Source of the DNA: Fimbriimonadia bacterium | GTDB lineage: Bacteria; Armatimonadota; Fimbriimonadia; Fimbriimonadales; JABRVX01 | Assembly (NCBI GenBank): GCA_041483895.1 | Contig: JBGPGO010000009.1 | Location: 108,880-172,879 of the forward strand | Direction: 5' to 3' | Length of the DNA: 64,000 nt | Part shown: positions 10,179 through 20,089 of the stretch, piece by piece | Numbering within the stretch: position 1 is the stretch's first letter | Layout of the letters: the number at the start of each line of letters is the position of its first letter | Translations under genes and position numbers: made by a program | Notes under the pieces: model-generated | What the model was told of the DNA's origin: nothing | Seen by the model: the letters and a program-made list of their open reading frames with translations, nothing else | The model's database searches: none

Positions 10179-11423
10179 CTACGGAGAAAGGTGCTGCATG
10201 ACGTCCTCTTCGCTCGCCTGGATGAGGGCCATGGCGACCGCGCGGTTCGTGTCGCCGTTGGAGCGGAACGTGCCGGTCAATTCTTTCATCTGCGAGGGGG
10301 TGTAGAGCGTCGCCTGCACGGACGCAAACGTTTCCCCATCAGCCGTTGTGCTCAATCGCGAGTCATGCACCATCAGGCTGGTGCCTTTCGGCAATGCGTG
10401 ACTGATCGCATCCGCGACCGTCTGCGCCACCAACCGCTCCAGCATCCCGTCCGTCGCGGGACCATTCAACGAGGCGGTCACCAGCGTGCTCCCGACGGTG
10501 AGCTCCACCGACACGGTCGCGGCATTCCCTTCCGCCGAAACGTTGACGGACCGCAGCCCGACTCCGCCTGTCGTCTCCACCGGTTGGTCCTGGACCACGG
10601 CGCCGCGCTTGCCCTCTTTCATGGCCTGCGCCTGCTTGCTCGCCAGATTGATCAGGTTGTCGAGAGTCGCCGCAAAATGCACGTCGTCTCGCTCTTTCGT
10701 TCGCTTGCCGCCCTTGACCCCCCAGGAAACTTCGATGCGGCCGTCGTCCGCCGGGGGATCCAAAGATTCGATCTCGCGGGCGGCCTCTTCGGCAAACGCC
10801 TCGCTGGCCTCATTGCCACGGATGGTGCCGATTGCAAATTCGTCGCCGCCGTAACGGCACAGCACATCTGAATCCGAATCGATCACCTGCCGCAAAGTGT
10901 CGGCTACCGCCTCCAGCACCCGGTCGCCGACTCGGTGGCCAAATTTCTTGTTGAACAGACCGAACTGGTCGAGATCGAAGAACAGGATGGAGATCTCTTG
11001 GCCGCCCCGGAGCCTGTCCAGCGCCCATTCGCGCAAGGAGTCGGACCAGGAAAGGCCGGTCAGTGGGTCCTTCGATCGACCCAGCTCCGGCATGAGATTG
11101 TGGGGAGATACCCATCCGACCAGGCGCCCTTCGTCAACCACAGCGATGCGATCCGCCTTCGTTTCCATGATAAGCGCGGCCGCATCGGCGATACTGTCCG
11201 TCGGAGCCAAATAGGCGCCGCCCTTCTTCATCACTTTGAGCAGGGGTGTGTCGGGTTCGAGATCGATGAGATCGGACCAATGGACGATCCCCAGGTAGGC
11301 CCCGCCTTCTACCACGGCCAGCGTACCCGTCAAAAAGCCTTTCATTGTGACGAGAGCCATCCGAACCGTGTGGTCCGGACACAGCCACACAGGCGGTTCC
11401 ATAACATCGGAGACCAGTTTCAC
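10179..11423 (-). CDS. Diguanylate cyclase: tandem CBS, GGDEF and C-terminal LeuA-allosteric-like domain
   Basis: CBS pair (KLVSDVM...VVDEGRLVGWVS); DPLTGL, FFDLDQFGLFNKKFGHRVGD and RYGGDEF. GTG start is approximate. Confidence 0.85.
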   Translation of the reverse strand: MKLVSDVMEPPVWLCPDHTVRMALVTMKGFLTGTLAVVEGGAYLGIVHWSDLIDLEPDTPLLKVMKKGGAYLAPTDSIADAAALIMETKADRIAVVDEGRLVGWVSPHNLMPELGRSKDPLTGLSWSDSLREWALDRLRGGQEISILFFDLDQFGLFNKKFGHRVGDRVLEAVADTLRQVIDSDSDVLCRYGGDEFAIGTIRGNEASEAFAEEAAREIESLDPPADDGRIEVSWGVKGGKRTKERDDVHFAATLDNLINLASKQAQAMKEGKRGAVVQDQPVETTGGVGLRSVNVSAEGNAATVSVELTVGSTLVTASLNGPATDGMLERLVAQTVADAISHALPKGTSLMVHDSRLSTTADGETFASVQATLYTPSQMKELTGTFRSNGDTNRAVAMALIQASEEDVMQHLSP

Positions 11424-11536
11424 GTCATAACACCGCGGAGAATCAGAATCGGTGGGCGTTTTTGGAAACACCCACCAATCCAAGGAAAATCTCGGGCGCT
11501 CCGAGCCAAGGTCGCTGGCACGCGCCCTATACTTTA

Positions 11537-12628
11537 TTATGACCTGGTTAGTTCATTCCCGCCACTAATAGCAGCAAATCCGGTAACAGGGACAACAGCC
11601 TGCCCGGTTAGCTCTCTATCCAGTTCTACCGAAATGTGCGTTAGAAAGGCGTCTATGGTCGAATCTTCCTGTGCCCTGGCTTCCACGCGCCGGACCGAGT
11701 AGTGAACTGTGGATCGGCCGATGCGAATCCAATCGGCAGCCATGGCCTCAGTGATGCCGGACCGCCTGCAAAGTAAGTATGCACACAATTCCCTGCCGTC
11801 CCGGCTGTCCAGGCAGTGGTAGCGCCCAACGACGGTCCGGACAGCCTCCAGCAGGTCCGTATGGCCCGCCTTCGCCTCCAACGGGCTGAGCGCGCCGACA
11901 ACTTGGGCGGTTGTCAGCTTGGCGTCGCCAAACTGGTCCCGCAGGAGCAGAAGCCGATTGAGAGCCCCGCGCATTCCGCGCAGCGCGCCGGAGACCCGCT
12001 CCGCGACAATCTGAACGGTCCCTTCCGGCAGCTCCAGCCGCTCGTGCCGGGCCATCTGGTCCAGCAACAGCATGCGGTCTTGTCGGCTTGGACTATGTAG
12101 ATGAGCTATCGGCCAGTCCTGCGTTCCCAGCATGGCGGCGGTACGCAGGCTCGGCGTCTTCGTGGAGCCAAGAACAATTTTTCCACCCGCCGCCTGCACC
12201 TGCCGCATAGCGCCCGCCAACAGGTCGATCGCTCCGTGAGAGGAGGCAAGGATTTGAAGATCGTCTATCAGAAGCGCGTCAAGCCGTTCAATTTTGCGGC
12301 GATTGAGCATCCACTCTTCCGCGCGGAAGAGTCGCACCTTGCCTGACAATGCCAATTCGCTTCGCAGGACCTGCAAAAGATAGGTTTTCCCGGTACCGGA
12401 TCCGCCGACAATAAGAAGCCTGTTTCGGCCGGCCTGAATCACCTCTCGAACGGCGCTGCAAGCCTGCTCATTGCAGGGTGCGATGACGAGGTCGGAGTAT
12501 CGCGGAGCGACGACTTTTGAAAGCAAAAGTTCGGCGCCGTGGATCGCGTTGATAATGTTGTCATCCCGGGTCGTTCCGAGACCGGAAGAGACGCGCGCGG
12601 ACGAATGCGCGCTGCTATAGCTCACCAT
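11537..12628 (-). CDS. Divergent DnaA-like AAA+ protein
   Basis: YSDLVIAPCNEQA resembles FDNFVVGxxN; Walker A GGSGTGKT; Walker B LLIDDLQ; C-terminal RELCAYL...RSTVHYSVRRVE resembles DnaA domain IV. Confidence 0.75.
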   Translation of the reverse strand: MVSYSSAHSSARVSSGLGTTRDDNIINAIHGAELLLSKVVAPRYSDLVIAPCNEQACSAVREVIQAGRNRLLIVGGSGTGKTYLLQVLRSELALSGKVRLFRAEEWMLNRRKIERLDALLIDDLQILASSHGAIDLLAGAMRQVQAAGGKIVLGSTKTPSLRTAAMLGTQDWPIAHLHSPSRQDRMLLLDQMARHERLELPEGTVQIVAERVSGALRGMRGALNRLLLLRDQFGDAKLTTAQVVGALSPLEAKAGHTDLLEAVRTVVGRYHCLDSRDGRELCAYLLCRRSGITEAMAADWIRIGRSTVHYSVRRVEARAQEDSTIDAFLTHISVELDRELTGQAVVPVTGFAAISGGNELTRS

Positions 12629-12735
12629 AGTTCCCCTAATAATTGAATTAATACCTTCCGACTTATCACAATCCCGAAGGAGTTAGACAAATAAAAGCAT
12701 GAACCGAGAATTAATGCCCAATGGCGAATAACAGT

Positions 12736-12764
12736 ATTTTATCCGGTTCCTGTCGGCTTGTCAA
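12736..12764 (-). promoter_or_regulatory. sigma-70 promoter of the dnaA-like gene
   Basis: TTGACA-N17-TAAAAT on the - strand. Confidence 0.7.
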
Positions 12765-13081
12765 GCCCACCACGGGTCAACGGAGGGCATCTGAACCAAG
12801 ATGCTGCCAAATTATCTGACGAATCATGCAATTTTCACGTAATTTCAGCCTTTTTGAACCAGAACCACATATTGTATGCAAATCTTGATTGTTAAGTCGG
12901 CAAGCCGACCGCGACGCCGTTTGTGCATAATTACGTTAAAAGTCACTAGGCAAGATTAGTCTGGCCAGGTTCCTCAGCCGTGGTCCATTGTTGCAGGATT
13001 CTCGCCTTTCTTGTCTGTTTCGCGATCCAAGTTTGCGCACTTCTTTTGAAAGATCCGATAAAGTCCCCCTCCTGCGCGCGG

Positions 13082-13111
13082 TTGACTTATCGCCCTTGAA
13101 CTGTGTAGCAT
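13082..13111 (+). promoter_or_regulatory. Probable ftsZ promoter
   Basis: TTGACT-N18-TAGCAT with TG upstream of the -10 box. Confidence 0.5.
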
Positions 13112-13182
13112 GGAGGAACTGATTGATCTCCACTTTTTTCTTTCTGCAGGAGTGCGCTTCACGCGGCAGAACATACGATTGA

Positions 13183-14274
13183 ATGGCGCAAAGGGGTTTA
13201 TACGACGTGCAAGCGAACATCAAAGTATTCGGAATCGGTGGCGGCGGCTGCAATGCGGTGGACCGAATGGCCGCCCATGGAATCTCCGGTGTGCGATTGG
13301 TCGCCATCAACACCGACGCCCAAGCCCTTCAGCGATCCCAAGCGGATGAGAAGATTCAAGTCGGCTATGACCTGACACGCGGTCTTGGCACCGGCGGAGA
13401 CCCGGAGATCGGCAAAGAGGCGGCGCTCGGGATGGAGAAGGAGATCCGAGGGCAGGCCGAGGGCCTGGACATGGCCTTCATCACGTGCGGCATGGGTGGC
13501 GGGACCGGTACCGGCGCGTCGGCTGTGGTCGCCAAGCTGTGCCGCGACGCGGGCGCGCTGACCGTCGCCGTGGTGACCAAGCCATTCACCTTCGAAGGCC
13601 CCAAGCGCATGCGTACGGCGGACAACGGGGTCGGGGAGCTCCAAGAGGCCGTGGACACCGTGATCGTCGTGCCGAACGATCGGCTGTTGGATATTGTCGA
13701 GCGCGGGACGACCTTGGCGGAGGCGTTCGCCACAGCGGACGATGTTCTTCGGCAGGCCGTGCAGAGCATTACCGACATCGTTTTGGTACCCGGCGTCATC
13801 AATGTGGATTTTGCGGATGTGCGGGCGGTTATGGAGACCGCCGGGCCGGCCCTCATGGGCATCGGGCACGCGAGAGGCCCGAACAAGGCCATCGAAGCCG
13901 CTTCCCGGGCGGTGGCGAGCCCGCTGTTGGAAAGAAGCATTGATGGAGCTTCGCGGCTGTTGGTGAACATGACCGGCGGCCCCGACCTGACGATCGGGGA
14001 GGCGAACGATGCCATGAGTTACATTCAGGAGTTTGTCGAGGCGGACGACGGCAACATCATCATGGGCCATGTGGTCGATCCCCGGATGACCGGGGAGGCG
14101 CGCATCATCGTCCTGGCCTCCGGCCTGCCCGATGCGCCGAAGCGGTTCGATCCGAGACCGGAGACGCAGGCAGCGCCGCCACCGCGGGAGCCTGTCAGGT
14201 CAGAGACCGTCAATCGGCCGGTGGAAGAAGACACGCTCGACATTCCGTCTTTTCTGCGGAAGCATCGGTATTGA
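13183..14274 (+). CDS. ftsZ: Cell division protein FtsZ
   Basis: GIGGGGCNAV, GMGGGTGTG, INVDFADV and C-terminal LDIPSFLRK. Confidence 0.98.
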   Translation: MAQRGLYDVQANIKVFGIGGGGCNAVDRMAAHGISGVRLVAINTDAQALQRSQADEKIQVGYDLTRGLGTGGDPEIGKEAALGMEKEIRGQAEGLDMAFITCGMGGGTGTGASAVVAKLCRDAGALTVAVVTKPFTFEGPKRMRTADNGVGELQEAVDTVIVVPNDRLLDIVERGTTLAEAFATADDVLRQAVQSITDIVLVPGVINVDFADVRAVMETAGPALMGIGHARGPNKAIEAASRAVASPLLERSIDGASRLLVNMTGGPDLTIGEANDAMSYIQEFVEADDGNIIMGHVVDPRMTGEARIIVLASGLPDAPKRFDPRPETQAAPPPREPVRSETVNRPVEEDTLDIPSFLRKHRY

Positions 14275-14277
14275 TCG

Positions 14278-14685
14278 CTAAAGGAGCGTGACAAATCCTT
14301 CTTGGCCGAAGTGCTTGTCGTGGGTGAGAACTTGGTCGATCCCGAGTTCTTTCATAGCTATCATGCTGATACAATCAGTAAGGCTGTATGAACTGTTGAG
14401 GCGGTCTTCGTAGAATTTCAAGCCGCGCAAAAAGGTCTGTCTTGATTGAGGCACAACCAGCGTATTCTTATCGGCCAGAGCGTCGCGGATCATCTTGATC
14501 GCCGCTCTGCGCATGTGAGAACCCTGACCGGCAAAGAATGTCAAGAACTCCGCAAACACCTCGTCCGTCGTCGCGACAATAAATGGGATTAGCTTGATAC
14601 TTGCCGCAGCGGCAGCCTCGTGTAGATTGTCGCTCCTGTCAAGCAGCGCTATCCAATAGGCCGTGTCGGCAAAGACAACATTCAT
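14278..14685 (-). CDS. vapC: PIN-domain toxin (VapC family)
   Basis: VFADTAYWIAL, SLTDCIS and LTHDKHF. Confidence 0.9.
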   Translation of the reverse strand: MNVVFADTAYWIALLDRSDNLHEAAAAASIKLIPFIVATTDEVFAEFLTFFAGQGSHMRRAAIKMIRDALADKNTLVVPQSRQTFLRGLKFYEDRLNSSYSLTDCISMIAMKELGIDQVLTHDKHFGQEGFVTLL

Positions 14686-14906
14686 TCGTCGCGCTTCGGT
14701 AAACCGTAAATGTAGTGATCGTGTTGTTCCGCACCATCGGTGGGCAATTGTGCAACGACATCATCCGGCAACTCGCGCGCAATCTCGAGAATCTTCTCCC
14801 AAATTGGCTTCGCATTGGGATCATATTCGATCCGATAGACTGTGCCGTCCGCGGCTGTCAACTCGACCACGTTCCCTTGCTTCGTCTTCTCCGGTTCCAT
14901 GCTCAT
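14682..14906 (-). CDS. Putative antitoxin paired with the PIN toxin
   Basis: Small ORF overlapping the toxin start (ATGA); ends LPTDGAEQHDHYIYG, typical of such antitoxins. Confidence 0.75.
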   Translation of the reverse strand: MSMEPEKTKQGNVVELTAADGTVYRIEYDPNAKPIWEKILEIARELPDDVVAQLPTDGAEQHDHYIYGLPKRDE

Positions 14907-14966
14907 AGTGTACTATACGTTGCCGCCGCACAATCCAATGCGCTGGAGCGTGCCATACTGGGTTCG

Positions 14967-15872
14967 ATGGCGGCAGAAGTCCCCTGGCATCGGTTCGTTC
15001 TCTGGCTCAACCTGACCCCTAAGCTCGGCAGTCAGGGCATCGAGGGGCTGCTTCGAAAAATCGCACAGGAGGGCCTTTCGCCGGAAGAGTTCCTCGCGAT
15101 TCCGGTCGAGGAAAAATCGCGGCGATATAAGTTGCTTCCCGAGGCCGCCGCGGCCCTCAGTCGCGGAGCCGCCGTCATTCAATCGGAATATGGCCCCGTC
15201 GAGGACCGATTGCGCGGTCATGGCGTGGAATGGGTGACGCACGCCGACGCCAGCTATCCGCAGCGGATCGTTCAAAGGCTGGTCACAACCCCATCCATTC
15301 TGTACTTCTATGGCAATCGCTCGCTGTTGGACAGGGAGACGTTCGCCGCCTTCTCGTCGCGCGGCACGAGTAGGCAAGGGTTCGATCGGATGGAGCGCGT
15401 CGTTGAGAAGTGGGTGCTGAAGCCCTCGGTGCTGGTAGGCGGCCACAGCACGCCGTCGTATCAACGCGCCGCGGTGGTCCCGTTGCGGTGGGGAACTCCC
15501 CGCATCATGGTGCTCGACTGCGGAATGTTTACGGCTCTCAGTGACGATCTGAGCACCGAGCCGTTCAAGACCGCTCGACTTTGGCGTTACAACTTCGACC
15601 CGAAGACCGACCTCGTCATCTCGTTTTGCCGGCCCAAAGATCTGCCGCTTGGAATCCATAACAAGCCACGCGATTGGCTCATCTCCGCGATTGCCGACGA
15701 CCTGCTGTTTATCGAGGTCCGAACCGGCGGGGTGATGGAGTCGATCGGCCTTGCCGCCCTGTCGCAGGGACGGGATGTATGGGTGATGGAATGGCCACAG
15801 TATACGGATCGATTGCAGGGCAATGTGCGATTGTTGACTTCGGGAGCGATCCCGCTCAACGAAAAGGAATGA
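14967..15872 (+). CDS. DprA/Smf-like DNA-processing protein (divergent)
   Basis: WLNLTPKLG, DASYPQRI...PSILYFYGN and RDWLISAIAD echo DprA blocks; the GSR and SGLAxGID motifs are degenerate. Confidence 0.7.
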   Translation: MAAEVPWHRFVLWLNLTPKLGSQGIEGLLRKIAQEGLSPEEFLAIPVEEKSRRYKLLPEAAAALSRGAAVIQSEYGPVEDRLRGHGVEWVTHADASYPQRIVQRLVTTPSILYFYGNRSLLDRETFAAFSSRGTSRQGFDRMERVVEKWVLKPSVLVGGHSTPSYQRAAVVPLRWGTPRIMVLDCGMFTALSDDLSTEPFKTARLWRYNFDPKTDLVISFCRPKDLPLGIHNKPRDWLISAIADDLLFIEVRTGGVMESIGLAALSQGRDVWVMEWPQYTDRLQGNVRLLTSGAIPLNEKE

Positions 15873-15935
15873 GAAACGGGTTCCCCTTCCGTGCCGATAA
15901 GGGGAACCCGAATTCGGTTGTCAGCGAACGGACTA

Positions 15936-16505
15936 CTACTTCGCTTGGGCCTTGCCGTGAATGGGCGCAGGAGCGGTTACGTTTTTTTGGGCGTTCGGAA
16001 CGTATTTCGCGGGGTCTTTGGTGAATGGCGCTTGGCAGCCTGGGCAACAGTAGTAGTAGCGTGTGCCTTCATAATCGGTATAGCTGTTAGCGCTGACATA
16101 GTTGGCGATCTTCGAACCCATTACGGGGCAAACAAGAGACTGCTTTGCCGGCATCGCGGCAAACTTGATCGGCGAAGCATCAAAGCTGGTCTTGTCGGCC
16201 TCCGTTTCAAAATAGTATCGAATGCCTTTGTAGTCAGCGCTGGCCTTCGCCTTGGAGGCTAGTACGCGCTGACCGGACACCGGATCGAAGAGCGAGTAGC
16301 CGATTGTCTTTCCAGACTTCGCGGCTTCCGCGATGTACTTGGCCGGTTCCTTCTCAAACTTTGCGTCGCATCCGTCGCAACAATATTGAAATCGGATGCC
16401 GTTGTAGTCCGTATACGGGCCATTCGCTTTTGACGCCCCGCCCATCACCGGGCAGGACAGCGCGTTCGATGCGGCCCAAAGAGTAGCGAGTGTAAGTGTT
16501 ATCAA
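15936..16505 (-). CDS. Exported triple-YHS-domain metal-binding protein
   Basis: Three repeats: CPVMG...YCCDGC, DPVSG...YYFET and CPVMG...YCCPGC; signal peptide; TTG start after AGGAGG. Confidence 0.8.
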   Translation of the reverse strand: MITLTLATLWAASNALSCPVMGGASKANGPYTDYNGIRFQYCCDGCDAKFEKEPAKYIAEAAKSGKTIGYSLFDPVSGQRVLASKAKASADYKGIRYYFETEADKTSFDASPIKFAAMPAKQSLVCPVMGSKIANYVSANSYTDYEGTRYYYCCPGCQAPFTKDPAKYVPNAQKNVTAPAPIHGKAQAK

Positions 16506-16643
16506 ATCTTGGTTCCTCCTGATATGTCCCTGCGCAGGGATATCTAAATTGATGTATTGCGTTGCGCCTTCCCTACAGGATACGACTCCAGCGCCGCGAT
16601 GCGTTCCAGGGGGAAGATCTTACCTGGGCCGCACGCCGGATTC

Positions 16644-16687
16644 AAAAAAAGAACCGGGCGGGCAGATGTAACTGCCGCCCGGTCCTT
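16644..16687 (-). terminator. Terminator of the pil/secretin operon
   Basis: ACCGGGCG...CGCCCGGT hairpin followed by a T7 tract on the - strand. Confidence 0.75.
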
Positions 16688-16700
16688 GTTGTCATCTTAC

Positions 16701-19463
16701 CTATTCGGCAATCCGAACCGTAATGAAGATCACGACCTCCGAAGACACCTTGCTCTTCGAGCGATGCCTGAAGAACTGGCCGAGGACCGGCAGATCGGCA
16801 AGGATTGGAGTGTGCGTGATCGTTTCGATGTCCTCTTCCCGTATCAATCCGCCGATCACTAGCGTGGCGCCGTCGCGGAGGCGGACGGTGGTGTCCATGT
16901 AGCGCGTGGAGATCTGCGGCAGCTTTCCTCCGCCAGGTACGTCGTTGAATGCGGAGATCAGGCTGACCTCCGGATGGATCGCCAGGGTGATCCAACCGTC
17001 GGAGGAGACGCGGGGCACAGCGGCAAGTTGGATACCGGCATTTACGGTACCGATTTGGAAGGTGGTGCCCTGCGGCGTCTGGGACTGGCTCTCGATGTAC
17101 TTCACCAGGTCGCCGATGAAGATCTCGGTCTTTTCGCCATCGATGACCGACACCTTGGGACTGGCCAGCAGCCGAGAGCGCTTGTTGGTCACCAGCGCGT
17201 CCAGGAACCCGTTAATCGAGCCAAGGAACGAGCGTGGATTGAGCGACAGGTTGAACGCCTGCACGATCGGATCGCCGATGGGACCAAAGGTCTTGTTCCA
17301 GGAATTGCCGTTGGTTTGGTCGTTTCCGTTCGTGTTCGTCGAATTGCCGTTCTTGTCCGTGTTCGTCGTGTTGTTGTTCGTGCCGTTCGTTTGCGACTGG
17401 GTTGTCGTGACCTTTTCTACGGTCTGCAGGTTGAGGACGCCGTTGTTGAACACGTCCCACTGAATGCCGAGTTTATCGAGGTCGTCCCGGAGGACATCCA
17501 TCACTTTCGCTTCGATCACGACCTGCGGCGGGGCCTTGTCCAACCTCGTCATCATCTCGATGGCCTCATCCACGCGATCTTCGGTGCCCCGGACGATCAA
17601 GGTTCGCGGCCCGTGCGTGTTGCGCTTCTCGCCGGTCTTCTGAGCATTTGCAATATTGCCGAGCTGCTCGCTCTCATTGCCGCCCTGATTCCCGCCCTGA
17701 TTGCCGGTCGGGCCGTTGGATTGATTGCCGGCATTGCTGTTGCCGGCGCTCGGGGCCTTACCTGTGGTGCCGCCTGTGCCGGCGCCCGCCTGCGCGGCAA
17801 CATCCAGCTTGGTGCCCGGGAGGTTCACTGCCGGCATGATTCCCGCCGCACCCAATCGGACCTGAACGCCGTTCACAAGCGATCCCGGTCCGGTGAAATA
17901 GGCCGCCAGGTCGCGGGAGTCGACATACTTCACTGTGTAGGTTTTCATCACAATCTGCTGTGCGGCGGTCGTAGGCTCCATTTCGGCGAGCATCCGGATC
18001 GCATCGTTCACCGCGTTCTTCGGACCCGCAAGGGAGATCTGTCCGGAGCCCATCGGCGTGGCCCGGACGCCCATCGCGTTGCCGCCGTTGTTGGTTAGCA
18101 TGGCTTGAAGCTCCGTCGCAGTGAAGCTTCTCGAAACATAGAGCTGCGTCACGATCGGATCCGGAACATCAACCCGATCGAGAATCGCCATCGCTTGATT
18201 CACCAAGCCGCGAGGTCCCGTCACGATGATCTGACGCGTGCCTTGACCGGCGACCTCTTTGCTGGACGAGGTCTTGGAACCGACGCCATTCACGTCTTCC
18301 TTGGTCTCGTTTACGATCGAGGAGGAAAGCGAAGGCATGATGTCTTTGCCGCCAACCATCACGCTTATGCCGGGCACCAGGCTCTTCGACTTCGTCTTAT
18401 CGTCGTCCACAAAGAGGCGCGCCAGGTCCGCGGCGTCCCGATACTTCGCGAAATAGATTTCGGTAACGACCCGCTGCTCTTCGCCCGGCTGCGGCGTGTC
18501 CGAACCCGTCCACCGGGTCAGGTATTCCGGCTTGCCCACGATGTAGGTGTTGCCTTCTTTCACATACTTGTAGCCGGAAAGCGTGGTGACCAAGTCGAGG
18601 GCATTCGTCAGCGATTCGCCTTTGAGGGAGATAGTGAGGTTGCCCGTCACGTCGGGCGCAGTCACGATATTGGAGCCGGTCTGGGCCGCGAGGGCTTTGA
18701 GTATCTGCACGATGCTTGTGTTCGTGAAATCCAATGAAACGCCAGGACCCTGCTCGCCGAAATTGGCGCGTTCCGTCCGATCGCCCTCTTCCGTCCGTTC
18801 CGCGACGAACTCGCCCTTCACTTTTGGCTTGGGTTTGGCGGCGATGATGTTGGTCTTCTTTGTCTTTTTCTTGGGAAGCGCGCCGACGCCGTCCTGCATC
18901 TTGCCCATGCCATCGACCAGGTTTTCCTTGCCAGTGGCAACGATGACGGTCGGTTCAGCCGGTTTGCTCAGCCGCGCCGAGGCGGAGTCTCCCACTGGTG
19001 TTTGGATAGCCCCACTTGTCAGAGTCGGCTGTGCTGCCGTCTTCACTTTCGCGGCATGCCGATCCGGTGAGGTCGCTGGAACTTCGACGCCAATACCGAT
19101 TACCCAGTCGCCGTTGGGCTCCTGCGTTACGGTCGGGGTCATGTTCGGGTCGATCCAGGCGAGAACGTTGACGACCGGAGGCTTGGAGGTGTACCAGCCG
19201 TACTGAACGTATCGAACCATTTTGTTCTTGATCGATACGAACTTCGAGCCGGTCTTCAGCGTTGCGGGAAAGGAGGCGATCCAGGCCCGGTTGCCGTTCT
19301 TTCTTGCCACCTTGGGTTCGGGTAGGTCATTGCCCGAGACGCGAACAATTGCTCCGTCTCCCTGCTTTGTCACGACCACCTTTGTGATCGTCGATTGGGT
19401 CCATCCAAATGTTGCCAGAACCAGGCTGGCAGCGCATGCAACAAAAATCAAATATCGTCTCAC
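16701..19463 (-). CDS. Secretin (PilQ/GspD family)
   Basis: VSLDFTNTSI N-domain; PPQVVIEAKV, LASPKVSVIDG, TTVRLRDGATLVIGGL and PILADLPVLGQFF. Confidence 0.92.
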   Translation of the reverse strand: MRRYLIFVACAASLVLATFGWTQSTITKVVVTKQGDGAIVRVSGNDLPEPKVARKNGNRAWIASFPATLKTGSKFVSIKNKMVRYVQYGWYTSKPPVVNVLAWIDPNMTPTVTQEPNGDWVIGIGVEVPATSPDRHAAKVKTAAQPTLTSGAIQTPVGDSASARLSKPAEPTVIVATGKENLVDGMGKMQDGVGALPKKKTKKTNIIAAKPKPKVKGEFVAERTEEGDRTERANFGEQGPGVSLDFTNTSIVQILKALAAQTGSNIVTAPDVTGNLTISLKGESLTNALDLVTTLSGYKYVKEGNTYIVGKPEYLTRWTGSDTPQPGEEQRVVTEIYFAKYRDAADLARLFVDDDKTKSKSLVPGISVMVGGKDIMPSLSSSIVNETKEDVNGVGSKTSSSKEVAGQGTRQIIVTGPRGLVNQAMAILDRVDVPDPIVTQLYVSRSFTATELQAMLTNNGGNAMGVRATPMGSGQISLAGPKNAVNDAIRMLAEMEPTTAAQQIVMKTYTVKYVDSRDLAAYFTGPGSLVNGVQVRLGAAGIMPAVNLPGTKLDVAAQAGAGTGGTTGKAPSAGNSNAGNQSNGPTGNQGGNQGGNESEQLGNIANAQKTGEKRNTHGPRTLIVRGTEDRVDEAIEMMTRLDKAPPQVVIEAKVMDVLRDDLDKLGIQWDVFNNGVLNLQTVEKVTTTQSQTNGTNNNTTNTDKNGNSTNTNGNDQTNGNSWNKTFGPIGDPIVQAFNLSLNPRSFLGSINGFLDALVTNKRSRLLASPKVSVIDGEKTEIFIGDLVKYIESQSQTPQGTTFQIGTVNAGIQLAAVPRVSSDGWITLAIHPEVSLISAFNDVPGGGKLPQISTRYMDTTVRLRDGATLVIGGLIREEDIETITHTPILADLPVLGQFFRHRSKSKVSSEVVIFITVRIAE

Positions 19464-20089
19464 TTCGTTACGCCCCCTCCGATTGCGAGTCGTATTTCCT
19501 TCCCCATGTGTTTCACAGATACAAATCGATCGCTGATTGCGACAATCTTCGTATTCCCATCCACCTGCTGGCCTTGACGCGCCAGGACCTGCTGGCCGGA
19601 TTCGTCTTTGAGCACGACCATCGGCCGTGGTCCCAAAACGATGCCCGCGACATCCCATCCGCATCCGTTGAGGACCGGCTTTTCTTCGATCTTTGGCTGC
19701 CCCGGCGTGCCCTTGTTGGGCTCCGGGTCATGGAGCTGCGTGCCGATCGGCTTCAGGCCGCCGCCCGATTTGACGTGCGGAACGACCGGAGCCGAACCGT
19801 CCGACTTCGCAATCTTCTTCATGTTCTCCATGATCGCCCTACGGCTGGCGTCCGTGTCATTGTTCGCACCGCTAACCGGAGCGAACGGATCATGCTTCTG
19901 GCCGCTCACCGCAACGACAATGGGTTCTCCCTGACCGGCGGATTTCTCGTCGGTCCGATGTATGGCTTTGGTCCTTGCGTCATGGTTTGGGCGAGGCGTG
20001 TTCTTCGGGCCTTTCGTGAATTGAAAGACCCCGACGCCGCCCAGCACAACAACAAGCGCCACCAATATGATCGCTTTCTTATCCCCCAC
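19460..20089 (-). CDS. PilP/GspC-position assembly protein
   Basis: N-terminal TM, DPF motif, C-terminal GIVLG...G.....VVAI beta domain; lies between pilO and the secretin. Confidence 0.65.
   Translation of the reverse strand: MGDKKAIILVALVVVLGGVGVFQFTKGPKNTPRPNHDARTKAIHRTDEKSAGQGEPIVVAVSGQKHDPFAPVSGANNDTDASRRAIMENMKKIAKSDGSAPVVPHVKSGGGLKPIGTQLHDPEPNKGTPGQPKIEEKPVLNGCGWDVAGIVLGPRPMVVLKDESGQQVLARQGQQVDGNTKIVAISDRFVSVKHMGKEIRLAIGGGVTK

Noticed and set aside
12629..13182. Replication origin
   Set aside because: AT-rich and next to a dnaA-like gene, but I see only one TTWTNCACA match, with no box cluster and no dnaN.
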